DNA of 64,000 nt from Deltaproteobacteria bacterium (GCA_040218735.1 JAVJQW010000057.1:32001-96000); one strand, 5' to 3'. Numbered from the stretch's first letter, positions 53,231 through 63,446 are shown. Notes: generated by a model not told the origin, from the letters alone. Numbers and translations are program-made.

Positions 53231-53712
53231 CCGACCGCCTCGAAGCGGTGCGTGACGGCGACCGCGATGCGTTCGTCGCGATGGTCGAAGCGCACGGCGG
53301 CGCCCTCGAAGCGCTGCTCGAAGCGCTCGACGCCCCCGTGACCGACGAGGCCCGCGTACGCGCGTGCGCCGCCGTGTGGCGCGCGGCCGCGTTGGCCGAG
53401 GACGTCCCAGAGCGTGCCTTCGTCGTCTCGACCGCCGGCGCCGCGCTGTTCACGCTCGAACAGGATCCGGCCGCGGTCGGCACACTCGCCGCCCTCCCCA
53501 TCGACGTCGAGCCAATCGTCGAGTGGACCGCGTCCGTCGCCGCGAACACCGCGAACGACTTCCAGCGGCGCGCCCTCGAGAACGCTCGCGCGACGCTCCC
53601 CGCGCACGCGAACAAGCAGCTCGACGCGCTCCACCGCGCGGTAGCCCACGCGGTCGGCGTCGAAGGATCCGCCGCGCTCGGCGACGCAGCGCGCGCCGCC
53701 GTCGCGGACTGA
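53227..53712 (+). CDS. Hypothetical helical protein
   Basis: GTGA overlap with the upstream stop; Ala/acidic-rich. Confidence 0.65.
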   Translation: MTDRLEAVRDGDRDAFVAMVEAHGGALEALLEALDAPVTDEARVRACAAVWRAAALAEDVPERAFVVSTAGAALFTLEQDPAAVGTLAALPIDVEPIVEWTASVAANTANDFQRRALENARATLPAHANKQLDALHRAVAHAVGVEGSAALGDAARAAVAD

Positions 53713-53714
53713 CC

Positions 53715-56700
53715 TCAGCCTTCGGTGATGTCCTTGAACTCGCGCTCGAAGGCGGCGAGGAAGTCGTCCTCTTCACCTTCACCGCCGGACGACGGCTTCG
53801 GCCGACGGCCCGACGTCGCGGGGCGCGGACGGCTCGACGCCTGCTTCACCGTGGGCGGACCGACGTGCGTCGGGTCGTCCTCGTCCTTGTCCACCGGGAC
53901 CGCCGCGCCGACGGCGAGATCCGCGGCGGGGTTCGGCGGGGCGTCGAGGTTCGGCATCGTGCGCTCCGCCGGGTCCAGGTCTTCGCCCTTCGGCGACACG
54001 GCCTCGGTCTTCGCGGTGGTCGCGCCCGGCAGGGGCGGCAGCGCGTTGCCCTTCGCGGCGCGCTTGGGGCGCTGCGAGTTCTCGGCCGGCGGCGGCACCG
54101 GGAGCGACGACGAGTCGGAGATCTGCGCGATCAGCGACTCGAAGTTCGCCTCGGCGTCGCTCTGCCGCGGCCGCTCGGTCTCCAGCTTCTGGATGCGGTC
54201 CGTCAGGCGCTGCGCGGCGAGCTGCGACGTCTTGAGCTGACGCTTCGCCTCGATCGCGGCCTTGCGCAGATCCTCGACCTCCTTGGCGTGCGCTTCGTCC
54301 TTCGTGCGCGCCTTCCCCATGTACTCCTCGTGCAGGTCCTCCAGCTCGCGGACGTACCGGTTCTCGACGTCGTCGCGCTCGTTCTGCGCCTGCTCGATCT
54401 GCGAGCGCAGGCCGTCCGCCTGCTTCGACGCGGAGCGCAGATCCTCGTGGCGCGCTTCGAGGTCCTTGCGGAGCTCGGCGATCGTGCCCTGCGCGTCGGC
54501 GAGCTCGGCGTTCTTCGCCTCTTCGAACGCCGCCTTCTCGGACGCGAGCGCCGAAGCGCGCGCCGTGGCCTCTTCGAGGCGGTCCGACAACCCACGCGCG
54601 TCGTTCTGCATCCGCAGCGACTCGTTCTCGAACCGCGACTTCTCCTCGGCGAGCGTCGCTTCCAAGCTCGCGACCTGGCCCTCGCGCTCCGTGAGCTCCG
54701 CCTCCAGATCCGACCGCGCCTGCTCGGACTGCGCGACCGCCGACTCGTACCGGTTCGTCGTGTCCGCGAGGGTCTGCTCCAGGCCCTGCACCTTCGCCGC
54801 CGCTTCACCCGCGGCGTGCTGCGACTGCGTGCGCAGGTCTTCGAGCTGCCGTTCCAGCGTCTCGATCTCCTGCGACGCCGCCTGCATCCCCTGGCGTTCG
54901 GCTTCGAGTTTGTGCTGCGTGCTGTCGAGCTGACCGTCGAGGTCCGAGATCTGCTCGTTGGCGCGCGCGAGCATGCCCTCGAGCTCCGCCTTGTGCTCGG
55001 CCGCAGCGGCCTCGATCTGTTCGATGCGCGCCCCGAGGTTCGCCTTCTCGGTGGCGTCCATCTGCGCGCGCGCGTTGGCCTGCTCCTCGAACAACGCCTT
55101 GGCGCCCTTGATGGCGTCGCGCTCGTCGCGCGTCTCGTCGAGCGCCGCGCCGAGCTCCTTCATCCGGGTCTTCAGCGCGTCGCGCTCGCCGACCAGCTCC
55201 TGCCGTGCGCCCTGCCACTCGACCCGCGCGCGCTCCAGCTCCGCGCTCGTCCGGTCGACCGCCTCCTCCGCGCGGGCCAGCCGCTGCGACAGCTCCAGCC
55301 GCGCGGCGTCGAGGTCCGTCGCCTGCTGCTGCGAGGTCGCGAGCTGCCGCTCCAGCAGATCGATCCGCCCGCCGCGCGAGTCGACTTCGGCCTCCAGCTC
55401 GTCGCCGCGGTCCTTCGCCGCCTCCAGCTCCGACGAGAGCTGCTGCGCGCGCTGGTTCATCGCGTCGAGGTCCGACGTCAGGCGCTCGCGATCCCGCGTG
55501 AGCCCGTCGCGCTCGCCGATCAGCTTCTCGCGGACGTCCGAAAGCTCGGCGACCTGGTTCCGCAACCCGGTCACTTCGCGCTCGCGCTCCGCGATGATCT
55601 GCGCCGACTCCTCCAGACGCTGCTTGCGCTCGCTCGCCTCGGCCCGCGCCGTCGCGAGATCCGACTGGCGCTCACCCAGCTCCGTGCGTGTCTTCTCGAG
55701 CTCGTCCTCGAGCTCCGCCGACTCGATCTTCAGCGAGTCGACGGTCTCGGTGAGCATCGCGACCCGGCTCTCCAGCCGACCGACCTCCGAGCCACGCGCG
55801 TCGAACTGCTGGTTGAGGTCGCGCAAGGCACCTTGCGCAGCCTCGTGCTCCATCTGCTCGTTCTTGAGCGCTTCCTGCAGCTCGGACAGCCGACCCTCAC
55901 GCAGCGCCAAGGTCTCGCGGACCTGGTTGAGGTCCTTCTCCGTCTGCCGCAGCTGCGTCGTGGTCTCGGTGAGGTTCGACTTCGTCTCGTCGAGGACGTT
56001 CGAGAGCTCCTCACCGCGACGCTCCGCCTGCTGGCGCTCACGCTGCTCACCCTCGAGCCAGCGCTGCGTCTCGTCGAGCTGGTCGCCGCGCGCCGCGAGG
56101 TCCGTGCCGAGCCGAATGATCTGCTCGCGCAGATCGGTCTCCAGCGTCTCCGCCTGGTCCTTGGTCTCCGCGAGCTCACCGGACAGCCGCGCGATCTCCG
56201 TGCGCAGGTTCGACGCCTCGTCCGACGTCTTGCGCTCCAGCGCTTCGTACTGCTCCTGCCGGTCCGCGATCTCCGCTTCCAGGCTCGCCCCGCGATCGTT
56301 GGCGCCCTGCAGCTCGTTGCGGGTGTCGGCGAGGCTCGCCTCCAGCCGCTCGATCGCCGAGTCGCGATCCACGATCGACGCCTCACGCGCCGCGACCGTC
56401 TCGAGCAGCTCCGCCTCACGGTCCGCGAGGGCCTGCTCGATCGACATCCGCGCGCTGTCGAGCCGATCGATCTGATCCGAGAGATCCGACTCCTTCGCCG
56501 CGCGCTCCACGCGCTCGTCGTCGAGCGACTGCTCGAGGCTCGCGATCGCCCCCTCGCGCTCCGCGACCACCGACCGAAGCTCGGCCTCCGTCGCGTCCAA
56601 CGACGCGATGCGATCCGTGGCGACGCTCAGCTCACCGCTCAGCGAGCGCTCCGACTCGGCGCGCTCCGCCCGCTCGCTCTCCAGCTCGTTCTCGGTGTTG

Positions 56701-58142
56701 GTGAGGCGCTCGCGCAGGTCCGACTCGGTCGTCGCCGCTTCGTCGCGCGTGCGCTCCAGCTCCTCGGTGAGTGCCTGCGCCCGCGCCGTCTCGGCTTCGA
56801 GCGACGCGTGCTCCTGCTCGAGGTCGACGCGCAGCCCCTCGATCGAGGCTTCGAACGAAGCCTTGTCGTCGTCGTACCGCGCACGCATCGCGTCGAGGTC
56901 GGCGCGCATGCCGACCACGACTTGGTGGTTCGCGGCGAGCTCGTAGCTCTGGCGGCGCACGGCCTCGTCGAGCGTCTCGCGTGCGTCCGCGAGGTCCTGG
57001 CGCAGCTCGAGGATCATCTCCTCGAGCTGGAAGCGACGTTCCGCCGCCTCCGCGATCTTCTCGGCCTGCCCCTCGACCTGCTTCTGCAGGTCGGCTTCGC
57101 GGCCCTTGCTCTCTTCGAGCTGCGTCTCGAGGTCGCCGATCGACGCGTCCCGCGACGTGATCGTGTCGTCGAGCCCGCGGACCTTCTCTTCGATCTCCTC
57201 GATGCGTTTCTTCGCTTCGTCGAGCGAGCGCTCCGTGCGCGTGAGGTCGCCCTGGGTCTCGGCGAGGTCGCGCTCCTTGCCCGCGACGATCTGAATCAGC
57301 TCGTTCTCGCGCGTGATCTTCTCTTCGAGGAGCTGCTCGAACGACGCGTTGAACTCGGAGGTGCGCCGGTCCAGCTCTTCGCGCCGCGACTCGCTGGTGC
57401 TCGACACCTCTTCGAGCGACATGCGCAGCGACTGCGCCTCCACGTCCTTCTCGACGAGCCGCTCGTTCCACTCGTGGTACTCGCGCTCCTTCGCGCGGTA
57501 CATCTCCATCACCTTCGCCAGCTCGTTCTCGCGCTGGCGGAGCTTCTGGCGGAGCATGTCGAGCTTCGCGTCGGCGGTCGTGCGCCGGCCGATCATCGAT
57601 CCTTCACGACGGATCGGCGGGCTCGACTGCACCTCGTCCTCGCTCGAGACGAGCGAGTCCATGACCTTCTCGATGAACGCGTTGTCCTCTTCGGTGACCG
57701 GCGCCGGCTCCTTGGTCGGCGGCGCCGGGAGCGGCGGCGGACGCTCGCCGTCCGACGTGAACAGCACACCCTTCACCCGCTCGCGCAGCTCTTCGAACGG
57801 GTACGGCGGCGCCTCCGGGAAACGGAGGTAGTCGTCCGCGCCCGACTTGCCGCTCTTGTGGTTGTCGATCGTCTGTTCGTTGGCCTCGGACGTGTAGACG
57901 AAGACCGGCATCGAAGAGAGGCGGCGGTTCGTCTTCACCCGAGAACACAGCGCGAAGCCGGACTCTTCTTCGCCCTCGGCGCGCATGAGGACGATGTCGG
58001 GGCGCTCGATCTTGATCTCGTCGATCGGGTCGCGGTCGCCCTCCGATATCGAGACCTTGAGGCCGTCGGACCGCAGCGCGGCCGCCACCATGAGCGCGAA
58101 TTCGCGGTCTTGGTCGATGATGAACGCGTTCTTCTGCGGCAC
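53715..58142 (-). CDS. aglZ: AglZ-like gliding motility protein (pseudo-receiver plus long coiled coil)
   Basis: EFALMVA..RPDIVLMRAE..SGFALC pseudo-receiver (acceptor Asp replaced by Arg); TEEDNAF and EKDVE motifs as recalled for M. xanthus AglZ; over 1100 aa of heptads. GTG start at 58142. Confidence 0.82.
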   Translation of the reverse strand: MPQKNAFIIDQDREFALMVAAALRSDGLKVSISEGDRDPIDEIKIERPDIVLMRAEGEEESGFALCSRVKTNRRLSSMPVFVYTSEANEQTIDNHKSGKSGADDYLRFPEAPPYPFEELRERVKGVLFTSDGERPPPLPAPPTKEPAPVTEEDNAFIEKVMDSLVSSEDEVQSSPPIRREGSMIGRRTTADAKLDMLRQKLRQRENELAKVMEMYRAKEREYHEWNERLVEKDVEAQSLRMSLEEVSSTSESRREELDRRTSEFNASFEQLLEEKITRENELIQIVAGKERDLAETQGDLTRTERSLDEAKKRIEEIEEKVRGLDDTITSRDASIGDLETQLEESKGREADLQKQVEGQAEKIAEAAERRFQLEEMILELRQDLADARETLDEAVRRQSYELAANHQVVVGMRADLDAMRARYDDDKASFEASIEGLRVDLEQEHASLEAETARAQALTEELERTRDEAATTESDLRERLTNTENELESERAERAESERSLSGELSVATDRIASLDATEAELRSVVAEREGAIASLEQSLDDERVERAAKESDLSDQIDRLDSARMSIEQALADREAELLETVAAREASIVDRDSAIERLEASLADTRNELQGANDRGASLEAEIADRQEQYEALERKTSDEASNLRTEIARLSGELAETKDQAETLETDLREQIIRLGTDLAARGDQLDETQRWLEGEQRERQQAERRGEELSNVLDETKSNLTETTTQLRQTEKDLNQVRETLALREGRLSELQEALKNEQMEHEAAQGALRDLNQQFDARGSEVGRLESRVAMLTETVDSLKIESAELEDELEKTRTELGERQSDLATARAEASERKQRLEESAQIIAEREREVTGLRNQVAELSDVREKLIGERDGLTRDRERLTSDLDAMNQRAQQLSSELEAAKDRGDELEAEVDSRGGRIDLLERQLATSQQQATDLDAARLELSQRLARAEEAVDRTSAELERARVEWQGARQELVGERDALKTRMKELGAALDETRDERDAIKGAKALFEEQANARAQMDATEKANLGARIEQIEAAAAEHKAELEGMLARANEQISDLDGQLDSTQHKLEAERQGMQAASQEIETLERQLEDLRTQSQHAAGEAAAKVQGLEQTLADTTNRYESAVAQSEQARSDLEAELTEREGQVASLEATLAEEKSRFENESLRMQNDARGLSDRLEEATARASALASEKAAFEEAKNAELADAQGTIAELRKDLEARHEDLRSASKQADGLRSQIEQAQNERDDVENRYVRELEDLHEEYMGKARTKDEAHAKEVEDLRKAAIEAKRQLKTSQLAAQRLTDRIQKLETERPRQSDAEANFESLIAQISDSSSLPVPPPAENSQRPKRAAKGNALPPLPGATTAKTEAVSPKGEDLDPAERTMPNLDAPPNPAADLAVGAAVPVDKDEDDPTHVGPPTVKQASSRPRPATSGRRPKPSSGGEGEEDDFLAAFEREFKDITEG

Positions 58143-58296
58143 GGGACCTAGGACGCTAGCGGGCTGCCTCACCACGATCAATGGAGGCCCCGAACAAACC
58201 GCCCAACGCCCGACGGGGACGTCCTGAGGCCCCGATCGCGCATGACGGCGCCCGCGTCGTCTGGCCCAACCCGGGGCGAAGGTAGTATACGGCGCC

Positions 58297-61200
58297 ATGC
58301 GGAGCGCGTGCGGAGCCCTCCTCGCCCTCGTGGTCGCTGCGGGCTGCGCCGAAGACCGCGCGCCGCGCATCGTGTCGACGGCCCTGGTCCGACCCACGGC
58401 CGACGCCTTCGGGCCCTACCACGTCGTCGCGAAGATCGTGGACGAGCGCCGCGGCGTCGACGCGCGCATCTACTACGTCGCGACGTCGACCTCCTCCACC
58501 GTCTCGGCCGACGCCGAGTCGATCGCGATGACGCGCACCGACGAAGCGACGTACGAGGCCGACTTCCCGGGGCTCCCGTTCGGCACCGTCGTCAGCTACG
58601 TCGTCGCCGCCGAGGACGACCGCGGGCAGCAGGCGGTCGCGCCGTCCTTCGAGACCCCGCACGTCTTCACGGTCGGCAACGTCCCGTCCGAGCCCGAGCT
58701 CCTGACGCTGTGGCCGAACGAAGGCCCGGCGACCGGCGGCACGGAGGTCATCCTCATCGGACACGACTTCCGCGCGGGGCTCGTCGCCTTCTTCGGCGCC
58801 AACCCCGCGCTCACGCTCGAGGTCCTGTCGCGAACCCAGGCCCGGGTCGAGAACCCGCCCGGCGCGCCCGGCGTGGTGGACGTGACGGTCGTGAACGCCG
58901 ACGGTGGCCGCGTCACGCTCGAGGACGCGTTCACGTATTTCCCGACGCCCGAGATCTTCGAAGTGCGGCCGCCCTCCGGCCCCGTGCGCGGCGGGACGTT
59001 CGTCGAGATCTTCGGCGCGCGGTTCCAGCCGGGCTCGGACTTCCTGTTCGGCGGCGAGCCCGCGACGGGCGTGACGATCGTCGACGAGGGCTTCGCGACC
59101 GCGGTGACTCCGCCCCACGCGGCGGGCTTCGTCACGGTGCGCGTCGAGCACCCCACGCGCGGCTTCGGCGAAAGGGAGGACGCGTACGAGTACATCCCGC
59201 CGCCGGAGGTGCTGAGCATCGAGCCGGAGCGCGGACCGGATCTCGGCGGCACCCCCGTCACGGTGCGCGGGCGTTTCTTCCGGCCCGGAGCGCGCCTCGA
59301 CTTCGACGGCCTCGAAGCGCTCGACGTGGTGTTCGTCTCCTCCACGGAGCTGAGCGCGCGAACGCCGCCGCACCCGGTCGGGTTCTCCGACGTCCGGGTC
59401 ACGAACACCGACCTGCAGTCCGGCACGCTGCCGAACGGCTTCTTCTTCTTCGGGCCGCCCGAGATCGACGCGGTCGTCCCGCCCTACGCCTCCGTGGACG
59501 GCGGTGCGGTCGTCCGGCTGCGCGGTGCGAACTTCGAGGTCGCGACGGTCGTCGCGTTCACGCTCGCCAACGGGCAGACGATCGCCGTGGTGTGCTCGCT
59601 CGTCTCGGACAGCGAGCTGTCGTGCATGCTCCCCGCCGTCGCCGTCGCGGGGCCCGCGGACGTCACCGTCACCAACTCCGACGGACGCTCCGACCGCCTC
59701 GACGACGGCATCACGTTCTTCGAGCTCCTCTCCGTCACCCCGGATCGCGGCCCTTCCCCGGGCGGGACGAACGTCGTGGTCCGCGGGCGGTTCCTCCCGA
59801 TGAACACCGACATCTTCTTCGGCGACACCCGCGCGACGTGTGTCTGGCAGACGCCGCAGCAGATGCGCTGCGTGACGCCGCCGGGTCCGCAGAACCAGTT
59901 CGTCGACGTGCAGGCGCTCCCGCCGGACGAGGGGCAGACGCCGGCCGTGCTCGAGGACGGCTACTTCTACGTGGCGCCGCCCGAGATCCTCGGCGTGATG
60001 CCCCCCGACGGACCGCTGCGCGGCGGCACGTTCATCACGATCTCCGGCCGCTTCTTCCAGATGGGCGCCACGGTGACGATCCGCGGCGTCCCCTGCACCG
60101 GCGTGACGGTAGTGAGCGCCACGACGATCACTTGCACGGTCCCCGCCGGCGCCGAGGGCGTCGCCGAAGTGCGGGTCGACAACCCCGACGGCCAGTTCGA
60201 CGCGGATCCGACCGGCTACGAGTACATCCCGATCGAAGCGACGCCCGAGTGGGGCCTCGTGGACGGCAACACGAACGTCATCCTCACCGGTCGCGAGTTC
60301 GCGCCGGGCGCCACCGTCACGATGGGTGGCACGGCGATGCTCGACGTCACCTTCATCAGCTCCAGCGAGATACGCGTCCGCACGCCGTCGTTCCCGACCG
60401 CGGGCGGCAAACAGATCGTCGTCGACAACCCCGCCGACCCACCGGAGGTCGGGCCCGACGACTTCTCGGTTCGGACCTATCAGCTCGCGGCGCCCAACGG
60501 CGCCAACGGCACCGGCGAGACGAGCGACCTCATCGCGGGTGACCTCGACAACGACGGCGACACCGACCTCGTGTACATCAACGGCGCGGTCGGGGTGCCG
60601 GCGCGCTCGCAGATCGTCGAGAACCTCGGCGGCGGCGTGAGCTTCTCGGCGAGCCCGATCGGCATGAACGACGTCGCCAACGAGGGCAACGCGTGTGACG
60701 TCAACGGCGACGGGCTCCTCGACTTCACCTACGGCATCAGCGGAGGAAGCGTCCGGGTCTTCATCAACAACGGCGGGCTGAGCTTCTCGTCGCCGATCCT
60801 CCCGACGAACCCGACCGACTCCTTCGAGGCGACCCTGCACGACGTCAGCGGCGACGGCCGGTGTGACTTCATCAACCTCGCCATCTCCACGGAGAACACC
60901 CTCCTCATCAACAACGGCGCCGGCTCCTGGACCGCGGTCGCCAACGCGATCCCGCACGAGATGGGCTTCGTGCACGACCACAAACTCGACGTCGGCGACC
61001 TCGACGGGGACGGCGACATCGACATCGTCGTCGTGGTCGACAACGTGAACTTCGGCTCCCCGCCGACGCAGCGCCACCGCATCTACCTCAACGACGGCAC
61101 GAACCACTTCACCGAAGACCTCGCGAACCAGCCGCTGCTGTTGAGCGTCCTCGGCGACGTCTACGACGTCCGCATCGAGGACATCGACGGCGACGGCGAC

Positions 61201-61566
61201 AACGACATCGTCACCCCGAACTTCAACAACACGCCGGTCGTGCTCCTCAACAACGGCCTCGGCGCCTTCACGCGCGTCACCAACCGCATCCCCAACGTCT
61301 CCCGCCCCGACTCCGCGATGTTCATGGAGGACATCGAGGGCGACGGTGACTTCGACGTGTTCTTCGTGAGCCTCGACAACGGCACGAACCACGCCCTGTT
61401 CCTCAACGACGGCAGCGGCTTCTTCGTCCGCGCGGTCCGCGGCGAACCGCAGAACACCGGCGCGGCCTACCGCGCGACGATGGGGGACATGGACGGCGAC
61501 GGGACGAACGACATCATCCAGGGCACGGTCAACGGCCCCAACCGCATGTGGTTCGCGCGCGAATGA
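58297..61566 (+). CDS. Lipoprotein with 7 IPT/TIG domains and 7 FG-GAP repeats
   Basis: Lipobox AAGC; seven PxxGxxxGGTxVxxxG-type repeats; seven DxxxDGxxD loops. Confidence 0.9.
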   Translation: MRSACGALLALVVAAGCAEDRAPRIVSTALVRPTADAFGPYHVVAKIVDERRGVDARIYYVATSTSSTVSADAESIAMTRTDEATYEADFPGLPFGTVVSYVVAAEDDRGQQAVAPSFETPHVFTVGNVPSEPELLTLWPNEGPATGGTEVILIGHDFRAGLVAFFGANPALTLEVLSRTQARVENPPGAPGVVDVTVVNADGGRVTLEDAFTYFPTPEIFEVRPPSGPVRGGTFVEIFGARFQPGSDFLFGGEPATGVTIVDEGFATAVTPPHAAGFVTVRVEHPTRGFGEREDAYEYIPPPEVLSIEPERGPDLGGTPVTVRGRFFRPGARLDFDGLEALDVVFVSSTELSARTPPHPVGFSDVRVTNTDLQSGTLPNGFFFFGPPEIDAVVPPYASVDGGAVVRLRGANFEVATVVAFTLANGQTIAVVCSLVSDSELSCMLPAVAVAGPADVTVTNSDGRSDRLDDGITFFELLSVTPDRGPSPGGTNVVVRGRFLPMNTDIFFGDTRATCVWQTPQQMRCVTPPGPQNQFVDVQALPPDEGQTPAVLEDGYFYVAPPEILGVMPPDGPLRGGTFITISGRFFQMGATVTIRGVPCTGVTVVSATTITCTVPAGAEGVAEVRVDNPDGQFDADPTGYEYIPIEATPEWGLVDGNTNVILTGREFAPGATVTMGGTAMLDVTFISSSEIRVRTPSFPTAGGKQIVVDNPADPPEVGPDDFSVRTYQLAAPNGANGTGETSDLIAGDLDNDGDTDLVYINGAVGVPARSQIVENLGGGVSFSASPIGMNDVANEGNACDVNGDGLLDFTYGISGGSVRVFINNGGLSFSSPILPTNPTDSFEATLHDVSGDGRCDFINLAISTENTLLINNGAGSWTAVANAIPHEMGFVHDHKLDVGDLDGDGDIDIVVVVDNVNFGSPPTQRHRIYLNDGTNHFTEDLANQPLLLSVLGDVYDVRIEDIDGDGDNDIVTPNFNNTPVVLLNNGLGAFTRVTNRIPNVSRPDSAMFMEDIEGDGDFDVFFVSLDNGTNHALFLNDGSGFFVRAVRGEPQNTGAAYRATMGDMDGDGTNDIIQGTVNGPNRMWFARE

Positions 61567-62174
61567 CGCCGGGCATCCAGCTGTCGACGGTCATCAGCGA
61601 CGGCGTCTTCGCCGCCGTGACGTTCGCCTGTGCGGTGAAGCTGATCTCGAAACGCAACGTCACGCGCACCTTCGGCGCGGCGTGCATGCTGTTCGTGGGG
61701 ATCGCGGCCGCGTTCGGCGCGGCGCGCTACGGCGGCGCGAACGTCGTCGTCTACCACGAGTCCCTGTCGTGGACGGCGCGCATGATCGCCATCCCGGTGA
61801 TGGGCGCGGTGTCATGCGCGCTCGCGTTCGGCTGGCAGCTCCCGCGCTACGGCTGGTACGGCATTGGCCTGGTCTTCGGCGCCGCGGGCTGGTTGCTCCC
61901 GCACCGCTTCGGCGTCCTCCCCTCCGCCGCGGGCATGGCCCTGTTCCTCCTCGGCGCAGCGCGCGTCTCGCGCGTGGACCGCCGCTCGGCGATCTTCGTC
62001 GTGGTCGGCGTCGTGCTCTACCTCGTCGCGGGGTTGGTGGTCGGGACCCACGGAGCGTACGGCCCCGTGCAGCGCGTGGACGTCTTCCACGTCATGCTGA
62101 CGATCGCGCACCCGCTGTTCACGTCCGCGATGATCGCCGCGGACCGCCGAACCGCCTCTTACAGGCTCGGGTAG
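61563..62174 (+). CDS. Multi-pass membrane protein
   Basis: ATGA overlap with the upstream gene; about 7 TM segments; DVFHVML motif. Confidence 0.72.
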   Translation: MTPGIQLSTVISDGVFAAVTFACAVKLISKRNVTRTFGAACMLFVGIAAAFGAARYGGANVVVYHESLSWTARMIAIPVMGAVSCALAFGWQLPRYGWYGIGLVFGAAGWLLPHRFGVLPSAAGMALFLLGAARVSRVDRRSAIFVVVGVVLYLVAGLVVGTHGAYGPVQRVDVFHVMLTIAHPLFTSAMIAADRRTASYRLG

Positions 62175-62479
62175 GTCTTGCTGCTGACCTCGCCGGTCGA
62201 CGCGTCGTAGACGAGGTCCTCCGGGTACGACAGGCCGACGCCCACCGCCGACAGCGACGCCGGTACCACGCCCTCGATCTGCTGGCTTCGCTTCACGGCG
62301 GCGCGGACCGACGCGAGGTCGACCGTGACCCGTGCCTTGTCCGGCTTTTCGAGGTTGGCGGGGGTATCCGGATCCACGGGCATCGTGCGCGCCGCGGGCG
62401 GGGACTCGGCCTTCTTCTCACACCCCGCCGCGAACGGCGGGGCGAGCAGCAGGGCGGCCGTCAGGAGGCCGCCCCGCAC
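62159..62479 (-). CDS. Small lipoprotein
   Basis: GTG at 62479; lipobox AAGC; short pilin-like globular segment (VRAAVKR..GVVPASL..YD). Confidence 0.6.
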   Translation of the reverse strand: MRGGLLTAALLLAPPFAAGCEKKAESPPAARTMPVDPDTPANLEKPDKARVTVDLASVRAAVKRSQQIEGVVPASLSAVGVGLSYPEDLVYDASTGEVSSKTYPSL

Positions 62480-62486
62480 CGATCGA

Positions 62487-63233
62487 TCAAGCGTTGGCCG
62501 TCGCCTGTTCCTCACCGGAGTCCGCTCCATCATCCGAGCCGTTGTCCTCGGTGTCCGCGTCCTCGGCAGCGGCCAATGCGGCGTCATCGGGGGCCTCCTC
62601 GGCCTTGCCTTTGCCGTCCTTCGCCTTCTTGGCCTCCTCTTCGGCGGCCTCCTTGGCGAGCTTCTTCTTGATCGCTTCGACCTTGTTCTTGTCCGGCGCG
62701 AGCACCATCGAGCACTGGCGCCCCGACATCTGCGGCGGCGTCTGCACACGGGCGACGTCGGACAGCGATTCGGCCATCTTCTGGAGGCGCTCGAATCCGA
62801 TCTCGGTGTGCGCCATCTCGCGACCGCGGAAGCGCTGCACCACGATCACCGGGTGCCCATCGAGGATGAACTTGCGGGCCTGTCGTTCGCGGAGCTGGAC
62901 GTCGTGGACGTCGATCTTCACGGAGCGACCGAGGCGTACTTCCTTCGGCTCGTTCTGTGGCTTCGCCTTCGACTGACTCTTCTTCTTGGACTGCTGGTAC
63001 TTGTACTTACCGTAGTCCATGATCTTGCAGAGCGGTGGCCTCGCGTCCGCACGGATCTCGACGAGATCCAGTCCGGCCTCCTCGGCCTTGCGTAGCGCTT
63101 CATCGCGTTCGATGACGCCGATCTGCTGATTGTTCTCATCCACGACGCGCAGCGGCGAAACGCGGATTTCGTGGTTCTTGCGAGGCCCGCGATCACGCGG
63201 CACTCTCCCCACGAACCTCTTCTTCCTTCGGAT
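62487..63233 (-). CDS. infC: Translation initiation factor IF-3 with ATC start and acidic C-terminal extension
   Basis: NHEIR, GLDLVEI, PPLCKIMDYGKYKY, KEVRL, RFRGRE; ATC at 63233-63231, 7 nt after GGGAG. Confidence 0.93.
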   Translation of the reverse strand: MRRKKRFVGRVPRDRGPRKNHEIRVSPLRVVDENNQQIGVIERDEALRKAEEAGLDLVEIRADARPPLCKIMDYGKYKYQQSKKKSQSKAKPQNEPKEVRLGRSVKIDVHDVQLRERQARKFILDGHPVIVVQRFRGREMAHTEIGFERLQKMAESLSDVARVQTPPQMSGRQCSMVLAPDKNKVEAIKKKLAKEAAEEEAKKAKDGKGKAEEAPDDAALAAAEDADTEDNGSDDGADSGEEQATANA

Positions 63234-63396
63234 GGCTCTTCTCCCTTCCTCACGCCACTTGCGTCCGGACGCGAGGGTCTTCGATGCTAACAGAGCCCCC
63301 CGGGTTTGCCTACACCCGGCGGGGGAACGCGGCGCGCAATCGAGCACGACCGCCCCCCTCGTGTAAAGTGCCAAGGGCATGGGAACGCGCGGACGG

Positions 63397-63424
63397 TTGC
63401 TTTACGAGGTCGTTGCGCTAGCAT
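63397..63424 (+). promoter_or_regulatory. Putative sigma70 promoter of the PBP1A gene
   Basis: TTGCTT-N16-TAGCAT, ending 22 nt before ATG 63447. Confidence 0.45.
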
Positions 63425-63446
63425 GGCCGGCGCTTCGGCAATCCCG

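Noticed and set aside
53364-58151. 1595-aa plus-strand ORF
   Set aside because: Antisense shadow of aglZ caused by GC3 bias; Arg/Leu-rich with no motifs.
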